DNA from: Lama glama
Lineage: Eukaryota
NCBI GenBank assembly: GCA_028534125.1
Contig: CM052817.1
Coordinates: 64,110,001-64,174,000, forward strand
Length of the DNA: 64,000 bases
Direction of reading: 5' to 3'
Below are positions 41,401 through 52,419 of this stretch, in pieces. Numbering within the stretch: the stretch's first letter is position 1; every line of letters begins with the position of its first letter. The notes below the pieces were generated by a model, which saw nothing but the letters and a program-made list of their open reading frames with translations, searched no databases and was not told the origin of the DNA. The position numbers and the translations under genes are program-made.

Positions 41401-43860
41401 TTCTAAAAAAACACAAAAAACAAAAGGCCACAAGAAACCAATTTTAACCTGTAAGAGACCAGTTTCTTTCTGCGATGAAAGCCTAGAGTTTTCTTTAATC
41501 AGAGTTGATGTATCTGTGGAAATCTTTGTAGCAGTATTTATTATAACAAGAGTTGATCTATATATAATAAATAATTTAACCTGGAGTGAGTCTAGGGAAA
41601 AAGTTATCTGCTAGATTAGGACATAATCATTCTAGATGTCATTGGATTGAGAATAGTAAATGGATAAGCTTCTTACGAATAGTAAGAGTTTTCTCTTGTG
41701 ACTTGCTCTAGGGGGTTTTGGTTGTTGCTGTTTTTACATTATACTCGTGTAATTTTGTCATTTAACTCTAGAACTTTTACAGAAGGGAAATTTTGCTCTG
41801 TAGAGACTCTCTTATTTTCAGAACCCAGAAAAACTTTTGAACTCTCTTTTTCCATTTTTTGTTAACTTTTAGAAAGAAAAAAAAAGTATTGTTTTTAAAC
41901 CTCCAGTATTTTCGATACTAATGAATCTTGGTTCTCTTTATTTTCCTTTGAAATTGCTATTTGTCACTGAAATGTATAACCTGGGGTGTCAATTACAGGG
42001 GTAATCTGGGTGCAAAACATCTAATGCACGTTTTGTGTAAAGAGGGCTTTCAAAATAAATTCATTTTAAACAATTGTAATTTTTAGTTTCTTATGTTCAG
42101 CACTAGATTTTAGAATAAAAATTCCTCACTTTCCTGATCAGTCAACAAAAAGGTACTAAGTAACTGAAAAGGAAGTCTTGTATCTGCACAGTGTGTATGT
42201 ATAGAGTTTTTAAACACAAACCATCCTCTTGGTTGCTGTATTTAAGTCAGTTTGCTATTCAACATTATAATAGAGTTGTAACTTGCTTCAACTTGCAAGT
42301 TCTACTTCACTTTTACATCCTTTCTAATGTTTAATTTTTATATATTTTTTTGAAATATAGATGTTCTATTAGACAAGGGTAATTTTCTTCAGTCTTCATT
42401 ATGCCCAGATGATCCTTATACAGTTTGTATTAAAACTTCTCATCAAGATTTATATCCGCTTGTTTTTATTGTTTCAACTGTACATAGTTTATTTGACTGT
42501 AGATGGGGTTTTTATGCAAGTCTGTGAATAGAAATATTGTGTTCTTTATAGTATGAATAATATACACACCGTATATACATTACTGCTGTAGAGACTGTGT
42601 TGTGAATTGTTTTGACACAGTTTCGTCATTAAGTCCTATTTACCAATAAGCTTAATAATCTTATAGCATTGTGTATGAGGGCCTTTTCTTAGGAATAAGA
42701 TAAACATGTTATAATCTTAAGAAACCTATTCTTTTTAGTAGTTGATCAACAGAACTTCAATTGAGTTACTGGAATTCTTGGCATATTTTTCTGGACCTGT
42801 GATCTATCTGTACCAATGTTTTAAACATTAAACTTAAAACTCAGGGGGAAAAAGGTTCTTCAACTTGAGATCTTCTCTCCAGATCTCCATTCTTTGGAGT
42901 TTCCATGAGTGGGACCTGAAGAACTTGGAACCATTGAAATTCAAATGTAGGTAGGTAAGTGTTCACACCAGCGCATGCGTTGATTGCCTTATATCTCTTT
43001 GTATATGCATCTGTATTGCACCCCCTCAGTGCCTTTCTTCCTCTTCCTCCCCATAGATCATGCAGGGCCTGTGTCATCTTGATATGTAATTTTGTAATTC
43101 TGTATTTTGGTCAGTATTTGTCTGTGATGTGCATCAGGAGCAGTTTTTCAAAGTCTTCAGACGTTTATGACATTGTGCTGTCTCAAGACTGTCTTTCTCA
43201 CATAAGTGTTTGCTCTGTATGGGCCTGGGTTGCATTTTTTGTGGATTGTGTTTGTTGAGCTCTGATAAACATTCCCTTGGAGTTGCTGGTACTTACTGAA
43301 GGATGCAAAGTCTCAGTCTTGCATTATGTCACTTACTCTCTCAAATGTATCTAGAGAATGTGAACTCTTCCTGATTTTAAGAATTTCTTCCAGTTAGTCT
43401 TTGATTTTAAAGTCATGTTCCTGATAACATTCATAATAGCATGAGTGTCAGCTACTACCCTTTGAAGTCCATTCAGTTTTCTTTGGGCATTAAGAAAAAG
43501 TGATTAAACTTAATCATTTGCTTCCAGCAATAAGAATTAATACTAATTTATTGCACACAAACTTAACCCCCGAAAAAACTATTTATTGATAACATACTAA
43601 GTTGTAACGAAATAAGCAACAGATTTAATCATGGAATAGTCTCCTAAGCTTAAGTAGAATTTTTACTCAAATAAGCAAAATGAAATGTTTAGGTGCTTAA
43701 ATTTGCTTGAAATATCTGAGAACCAAAATCTAGGATTCCTACCATGCTTTCTGACTTTAATTTTTTCTGTTATCACATCTGCCAAGCATATCATTGATTT
43801 TCAGAATCTCTTTTCTATTTTTTTTTTTCCAATTCCTATAAAAGTTAGGTAATCCATTGG

Positions 43861-44313
43861 CAGTGGTTCTTAAACTTTTACTCTCAGGGCTCTGTTAGAT
43901 GCTTAAAAATTACTGAAGATCTCAAAGAACATTTGTTTATATATATAGATTATATCTATCAGTATTTACTGTATTAGAAATCAAAATGGAGACAATTTTA
44001 AAAATTATTTAGTCTTGCATTTTAAAATAATAAAAACCCATAAATAACATATTTTTATGAAAAATAACTTCTCAAAGTTAAAAAAAATTGCTGAGGAGAA
44101 TAGCATTTATTGTACTGTGGGTGTGTGACGGTGAGGAATATAAACAACTAATAAAGTTGGGTGCCACTGACTGGTTTAATGCTAAAGCTCCAGCAGTTTT
44201 ACCCACTGATGTTTTTTGTACCATCAGTGCAAGTGTCAATACAAATCAAATCTTGGTATTTTTATGAAAGTAGTTTTGACCTAGTGGTCCTCTGACTGCA
44301 CTTTGGGAACCAC
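43861..44313. mobile_element. Charlie1-family internally deleted DNA transposon
   Basis: Termini cagtggttcttaaact ... cactttgggaaccac; internal cttaaaaattactgaaga.ctcaaaga...tatttactgtattagaaat...atgaaaaataact...tagttttgacct. Confidence 0.75.
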
Positions 44314-46927
44314 GTTCTAGGATGCCTGTTTATCTTGAAATGAAAACTTGTATCAACCTGTTTAGGTTTTTTTTCCTCTTCTGGGCCTTCATTATCAAAG
44401 GAGAATGACTTGCTTTGCAGTTGGTATGAGCAGATTTTAGAGTTATCTGAGTATAATTTTTGTTTTAGTTAGCATCATAGAAATGGATATAAAAGAAAGC
44501 ACCCATGTGGTCCAAAATGATTTCTGTCCATTGGATAACTATATATTTTTCTCTTTACTTGTGTGTGGTATGTGTGTTGTATGTGAGTATTCAAATAATT
44601 TGGCTCCTGGGTAGCTTGATAACACATTTTCATGAAGCAATGTGATTTTCATGAATTAGGACAATTCACACCATATTCCATGGAGCTATGCTACTTTTTC
44701 TCCTGATCTACCACAGTTTCAAATATTGCTGCTTCAATTTGTAAGCCAAAGATTTTATGAAACTCTGCAATATTTCTCAACTTTTTTGTCCCTCTTTTCC
44801 CTGGAACCAAAATTCATAATATTGTAAAAGTGGTCCAAGAAAGTAGTAGAGATACCAAGTTAAGAGAACGTGAAGAACGTCACCTTCTACGTGGCATTCT
44901 CCTGTTGAGTTATCTCCTTCATAAAAGTTGTTATTCCTCTGATGTCCCTGGACTGTTGGGTTTTTATTGTTTGCACCAACAGTACTGAGGGGGTGTGTGA
45001 TGCTTACATATATGCAGACATATAGTGGAGTTTGACTCACACTCAATGCATGCGCTAGTGCTCACGCTTACGTACCTGAAATTTAATGATTCAGCAGCTC
45101 TGCAGTATTTGAAGAGGTAGTCAAAATGAATAAATTGAAAAGATGAAAGTTAAAAATACTGCTAAGAACAAGGATCTGCAGAGGTGATTCAATAATAAGG
45201 AGCTCTACTGGTAAGTAATCAAAATAATTTTTCACTTGGAAAGCTTCTTGGTGCATGATCATTAAAAATACTATAACCATAATACAAATATTCTGCCAAT
45301 ACAACACATAGGTATAATACTGTAACAGGTGTAATGCTATAGGTATAACAAGCAATTTGCCTCTAAGTACAGCAAATCATTCATTAATGACTGAAGGGTA
45401 TAGTTTGAAAAAGATGTTTAACATCAAAAGCATAAAAACAAATCATTTAGCTGAATATATTACATTCTTTAATTTCTCTCACTTTTTAGGTCAGACTTCA
45501 TAATTCCATTGCAAAATTTGAAATTGTTTTAGACTGTTTGTACTCTAAGTGTAAACTTTACTTTTTCTCCAACCTGTTTTCTATTCTTGTTTTGGTAATA
45601 GACCCCTTTCTAGTATAGATGGGCCCCCACAACTGAACCAGATAATATCTGTAATTATCAGTTTTCAGGGCCAATAAGCCTCTGTTGTCTATCTTTTTAT
45701 ACTTCACTCTAAAAGCAGGAAAAATTAACAAGGACCACCAGGCAAGTAATCAGTTGGCATGTGAGACAGCTCAACCTTGCCTTTATGTTCTTTCTGATAA
45801 TCACCCAGCCACCTCCTCATCTGTAGGTTAAGAACTATGAAGAGTGGTAAAGAGATTAGTAGGCAACTCTGTCAAGGGAAGCATGCCATGAGGAGAATGT
45901 GTTTTATAAGAAACAGATTTTTATCTTCAGATTCCCAATAAGTCACTTAACTTGGAGAAAATCATGAGCTTGAAAACTGCATACATTTTAAAAGGAAATT
46001 CTTGAAAGCATTCCTGCATCTTTGGATGACTCAGTTATCAACAGTGATAGCGTTTTGCATAGACATGTATTTCTGTCTTCTTAGCTTACTCTGAGAGGCA
46101 ATGCTTTTGGTCTTCGTTTAGGTTTGCTTACCTTCAACTCTGCTGTGGGTATTCAGTGATCGTTCATGAAGAGCCATTTTGGAGGCCAAAGCATATGAAT
46201 AGTTTAAAGCCAGTTAGGTTCTCAGAATATGAAGGCAGGCGATGATGACAAAGCCATGTTGACCTCGTTTGCTTCACCTCTGAAGCCAAGTTTTCCTTTC
46301 TTTACTAAGATGATTGTCATTTTAAATAGAACTTTGCAAAGAAAAGTATTTTAAGTAACCCATTTTTTTCCTTGTTAAAGCTACTTTCCATCCTAGCAGC
46401 CATCGAAGAACCCTCTGCTACAAGTAAACAGTAATTTGTGTGTATTGCGCACTTTTCCATTATGATGAGGCAGCTGGACTTTAGGGATTCTAAGATTCTT
46501 ATCTTATCTCTTGGTCTTTATTAAACTTGCTTTTTTTCCTTATGCTTTTCATATACTCTGTGATTTCCTGTAATGTAAATGTTACTTTGTCTAACCTCTA
46601 AACTTAAAAACCAGTGCTAACATTTAATTATTTATACATTTTAAAGCCTACTGTATATAGTTATAAGACCTTATTTAAAAAAAAGTTTTGACATATTATT
46701 TGAATTATTTTCATTTCTAAATTTTTTTAATCATTGAAAAGGTTTAAAATTCAACTCTTCTGAACTAATGTCTTAAAACATTTTCAAGATAATTATATGA
46801 CTGGATTTAATCTTGTTTTACTGTAATTGAAATAGTATTGAGTTTGCAATAGGGAAAATAAGAGGTATTTTCTTCTTACTAACGTCCATTTAATACATAA
46901 ACACTTTTGTTGTTGTTGTTTTTACAG

Positions 46928-47056
46928 ATTCCCTTCAAGCTCAGCTTATCAACATGGGTGTTATTCCTACCTTAGTTAAATTACTGGGCATCCACTGCGA
47001 AAATGCAGCTCTTACAGAAATGTGTCTTGTTGCATTTGGCAATTTAGCAGAACTTG
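46928..47056 (+). CDS. RAP1GDS1: RAP1GDS1 exon 6 equivalent, 129 nt
   Basis: Acceptor gtttttacag|AT, donor CTTG|gtaagt. Encodes (D)SLQAQLINMGVIPTLVKLLGIHCENAALTEMCLVAFGNLAEL. Confidence 0.97.
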
Positions 47057-49109
47057 GTAAGTCCTTGTTGTGAATCAAACATATAATTAACTTACTACTG
47101 TGCTTATAATAAATTTTCCTTTAGATGTTAACAACCTGGAAATCCATTTAGATTATATTAGTTTATTTTTTTTTTAGCATTGTAGATACTTGCTTCAATG
47201 TTTAAAAAAAATGTAGTATTGTTTACAGTTGGAGCTACTTTGCTTCCCTGATTATTTTATGTATTAACATTTAAGGTTTAAACTTGTATACTATTTTATA
47301 GACTTGAATGTTTTAAATGATCTCCACTTTAGTATTCTTATATGAGGGCTAGGGCTGGTCTTAAAATCAAATATTGTATTTCTGGGGCAAAAATAGAGGA
47401 CTTCATAATTTATTACATTCTGTATAAATTATTGGCTTCTCATTTGAAAAGAATCTAGCAGACTACAGTTCTTCCCCTTCATTTTACAAAATCCCTAAAA
47501 ATGATAGAAGAATTTTTCATAGGAATATATTTGTTAAGGATTTTTTTTTAATATGAGAAATTCTTGAAAATCAGAAGGCAGACAAAAACAGACCAGTGCT
47601 GGTAACACAGCCCAGTCCTAACAGAAAAGGGGACTGATGAGCCCAGCACCCCCATCTCTTTTCCCTGTTTCGTTTTTCTCTATGTCATGTATATTACTCT
47701 TTCTTCTTTTTCTCCTCCCTCCCCATGATTCTTGATAGAATGTTACAACTCCTGGTCTGAATCCACCCTGCAACCATGTTCGTAAATTGTTCATTATGAG
47801 GATAATCAAATCAAATGATATTTCATCATTGCTAAAATAACTATAACAAACAAGTAAATCAATTCTATTAATTACCCCCATTTTATAAATAAATAAACAG
47901 AAGCACCAGGATTCTAACTTTCGTTTTCCTAACTGAAAGCTCTTGTCCTTACACACTCGTTAAAATCTTGATTTCAGTACCTAACTTGAAGTCAAAGCAG
48001 AAGTAAAGGGAATAGGGATTATTTATCAAAGTTAATTTTTAAAATTCATTTTTATTCAGTGGGTCATCTCCTGGTATTTGTGAATGTTTCTTATCGTCTC
48101 TCCTCTTCTGCTTTTCTCCTTTTTCATACTGTCATTATTTCTATCATTCAAGTAAGACCAAGAGTGAAAGAACATTCAGTTACTGTTTCACAAGTTATTT
48201 TCCATTATTAAAATGGAATGTAGGAGTTTGTGCTTAGGATAGTTTGTAGAAATAAAACAAATCACGTTATACTCCCTGGTAATGTTATAACCTTTGTAAC
48301 AGAAACAAACACCATTTAATATAAGTTTCCTGTGTTAAGGAATCAGGATTTGTTTGGGAGATTACATACACCACCTCAATTCAGCCCTGTCTCCATGGGC
48401 TATCATAAAAGCTGAATATGCACCCAGTTTAGTTTAGCCCTATTTGATACTTTTTACCCAGCTGTTTCTGCCCTTATCCCATATGGAGGGGGGAAAAAAG
48501 GATGAAAGAGAAATATTTCTTTATTGCCAAGATTTTTAGAGTATGTCATGAATCTGTTATGCTCATATAATAGCTAGGTTATACATCAACACTGAAATAG
48601 AACATGTATGCCCCAAAATACTTTTTCTCTTTTCAGTGTGGGCTTTATTGCCCATGAGTTAATAAATCACCTAGTATTATTTTATTGACACAGGTAAAGA
48701 TCAGGATCATATCACATACTTCTTAGTATGGCATATCACTAAATGCTAGAGTTATTACTTTTTGTCAAAAATTTTTAATAAAATTTGTGTGGTTTTGCTC
48801 ACTAAAGATACATAATAGCTTAAAGGCAAAATATAAAATAATTTAACAAGTACAATCTGTTTCAGAATTGGGTCCAGAAAAGGAATGTGCAGCTCTACCT
48901 TTTATTGTTCTCTTTGAATCCTAGTAATATATGCATACATAATTTTTCTATATTCACAGTTGTAGCATAAATACAATTTTATTTAAACTTTGCATTCTTA
49001 TTTAACATTATAGAATAAGCAGATTGGGATTTTTACCCTTTTTGTTTGGCTTCAAAATCTTTTATAAATAAAATTGCCTGCTTTAAATACTAGTATTTTG
49101 GGGGTAGAT

Positions 49110-50560
49110 ATGTTAGAATGAAAATGTACACTTAATTTCACTCCCTTCTGGAACCAACTAAAACTACAGTAAAGAGGTTCTTTTTAAAGTACTAAGCCCT
49201 CAAAGAAAGGGAGAAATAAAAAACAAGTAGAGGGGGTAACACAAAAACATTTTAGAACCTGTGAAGAAAAATAAGCAGTAACTCACTTAGCAAAATTTTG
49301 AAATCTAAATCCAGAATTGGAAAGACAAGAACTAACCAGTTTGCTCTTTGGGATCTTCAAAATGTTTAGGATTTGTTGTCATCAGGATTTCTAACCCTCT
49401 TTCCCGTCCCACATTATGGTAACTACCCCTTCCCATCTAAGCAGAAGACTGTATTTATTCTCTGGAGAGACTGAAAATATAAGATTGGTAGACTAAGGAC
49501 ATCAGACTAAGTTGAAGTAAGAGGTACCAGAGTACTATTCTGAAAATAGATAAAGTGAAGGTAAATATGCCAAATTACCCCATTTGTCCTCCAGAACATA
49601 AAGATACTGGGGTTTCTCTACAAAAGAGGCATCTTCAGGGACTCCTGCAGTCAGCAAGACCACTCATACTTATAGCTCCTAATTAATTTTTAAATCTCAA
49701 TTCTTAATCAATGGCAGACAACTAGAGAGGTGAAGACAGCCTCTGAAATGGAAGATGCTGAAATGAACAGGAAAAAGTAACTTGGAGGAAACAGAAACTA
49801 TGCAGGGTGGGGGAAATAAACTAATATCCTCAGATAAATGAGAAAAATTCTGTAAGCATGAGACTAATAGTTTAGAAAACTAAAGTTTCCTATTAGTTTA
49901 GAAAACCAAAAAAGCTGGAACATTAAAAATACAATAGCTAAAATGAAAGAGAGTAAAATGAGTGAAAGAAGTATTTACAGAAGTAAAGCAAAAAACAGAT
50001 GAAAATAGAAGAGAAAATGTAGATAGAAGATCAAAGCAAGAGTTCTAGAAAGAGGTAAACAGGAGGAAATTGCCAAATAACTCAGATATCACAGAACTGA
50101 AGTGTGTGTTTCTCCAGATTGGAAGAGTCTGTCAAATGCTTAGTCTAGTGGATGAAGATAATTCCCCAGACCGTTGCACATCGATACGAAACTTTTGTGT
50201 AATGGGGACAAAGAGTACCTTTTACAGACTTCCAGAGAGAGGGAAAAAAACTTGAATACAAAAGACTTGGAATCAGTAGACATCAGATGTCTCAAAACAA
50301 CACTGGTAGAAGATGGAGTATTGCCTTCAAAAATTTGAGGAAAGATTATTCCCAATATAGAATTCTGTACCCAAACTGTCAATCAAGTGTGAGGTTATAA
50401 TAATGACACTGTCAAACATGAATGTCTCAGAAAACTGGTACCCTACATACCTTTCCTCTGGAAGCCACTGGAAGATAGATGTATTGCACCAAAACAAGGG
50501 ATATAAATAAGACTATATAAATAAGATTATGTAGGAATCAGGAAGAGTGTCTAACATAGG
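49110..50560 (+). mobile_element. Old L1M/HAL1 5' UTR-ORF1 remnant
   Basis: A-rich degenerate ORF1 motifs: ttctagaaagag, gccttcaaaatttgaggaaagattattccc..tagaattctgtaccca.actgtcaatcaagtgtgagg. Confidence 0.55.
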
Positions 50561-50719
50561 AAGAAGGTAGGATTCATCAAGATAATGATAAAAATTCCAG
50601 GCTGTTAGTTGTGTCCTACAAACATTGACAGCAACCAATCTAGATTGGATTTGGTCAGAATTCTTTGAGAAAAACTTGTAAGTAAATTGACAGGATATCT
50701 GATGTAGCAAAAGAAGTTG

Positions 50720-51520
50720 AGAAAAGAATTGGAGAAAATGAAATGGATTCTGGTTGTATTTTGGAGGTAGATTGATAGACCTTGGTAATTCATTGGATGT
50801 ATAGTTGAGTGAGAAGAAGTGAGCAGTCATTCCCAGGTTTCTGCCTGCATGGCAGGTAGATAGATGGTACACGTATTTACCAAATTAAGGAAGTCTGGAG
50901 GAAGAAGACTTCAGGGTAGTATCAAAAGTCCATTTTAGACATAGAGTTTGGATGCTAGGCAGATACTCCAATGGAAATGTTAAACGGCCAGTTAAGTAAG
51001 TAGTGTGGAGTCCAGGAGAGGGGTAGAGATGTGATTGTATAAGCATCAACATACGGGTGCTGTTTTGATGTCGTGGGCGAGAACTAGATTGTTTAGTGTG
51101 AGCATAGGGACCAAAAAGGTGAGAGAACAAAGGATCAAGTCTCAAGGAACAAGAATTTATAGAGGTCTGGGGGAAAAGAGGAGCAAGCAGAGTACAGAGT
51201 GTAGAGGTGACCAAAACTAATTTGAGGTGGGTTTAGAAATGCATGTGAGTTGAGAAACTAGAGAGAGTGTGTGTAGACAATGCTGTCAAGAAACTTGTTT
51301 GTGAAAGTGAACAGATTAGATGGTAGTTGAATAAAAGTAGAGAGAAGGTGTTTATTTTTAATACTGCTTTTTTATGTGAGAAATATTAAAGCATATTTAA
51401 ATGCTAATGATGAGGCCCTAGAGTGAAGAGGAGAGGCTGGAGATAGTAAAGAGGCAGGAGGGAATGAGACCCCAAATACACATGAGAAATTGGCCTTTGA
51501 TAGAAGGTATGTCAGGAATA
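50720..51520 (-). mobile_element. L2 LINE fragment
   Basis: tggattct...tattttggaggtaga...ttggat...cccaggtttctg...tggagtccaggagaggg...gcatca...aggatcaagtctcaaggaac, typical reverse L2 body. Confidence 0.65.
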
Positions 51521-51925
51521 GAGCGAAAGCATACCACTTTGATGGCATAAAGATAAGTCACCAGTAATTCAGCCATGTAAAATGTAGTCTGTTATGAGTA
51601 ATTTTTCTTCTTTGACTAAAAGCCTTGAAACTATGAATTTATAACAGTAATTTTACTGTTGCTGTGGTTACCTATATGTCATGCTACTAAACATTTTTTT
51701 TTATAGCCTCGAATATAATTGGGTCAGAACATTTTCTTTAAAGCCTTAGACATTTTTCCCCTTCAGGGGCATTTTTAAAAAACAGATTTGGTTGTTCCTG
51801 TATTTGAAGAGTGTTTGTATTTATGAGTAATGGTACAAAATGACCAAGTATTGAAAGTAGTCGAAAACAAATTCTGGACTTAATTTTGTTTGCTTACTCT
51901 AAATTTTCCTCCAATTTTTTTGCAG

Positions 51926-52051
51926 AGTCAAGTAAAGAGCAGTTTGCCAGTACAAACATTGCTGAAGAGCTGGTAAAACTCTTTAAGAAACAAATAGAAC
52001 ATGATAAGAGGGAAATGGTTTTTGAAGTTCTTGCTCCATTGGCAGAAAATG
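51926..52051 (+). CDS. RAP1GDS1: RAP1GDS1 exon 7 equivalent, 126 nt
   Basis: Acceptor tttttgcag|AG, donor AATG|gtgaga. Encodes (E)SSKEQFASTNIAEELVKLFKKQIEHDKREMVFEVLAPLAEN, matching part of ORF 51886..52083. Confidence 0.97.
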
Positions 52052-52419
52052 GTGAGAAAATAAATATACCTCTTGATTTTTGATAATGTAGGCTCCTTCC
52101 ATTTTTTTCTAATATTATTTAATTGCCATCTCTTAATATCAAAATCCTTCTTTGTTTTATTAATGATGTGATAAGTTTTATTTTGTTTATCTCTAACTTC
52201 AGCTGCATTATTACTTCATAACTATATCTATATTGGCCAAAGCTACTTCCCAAGTTTTTTGATTTTTAAATCCTGGCAAAGTTGGTTTTGCAGCTTACAC
52301 ATTCTCATGCCAATCTGGAAAAGGCAGCTGAGAGGCTAAACTCCACTTATGTATCCTCGCAGGGCAGAGGGGATAAAAGTTGGAGTACTAGACCTGCTAA
52401 CCCTTGTGGTTAATTACTC

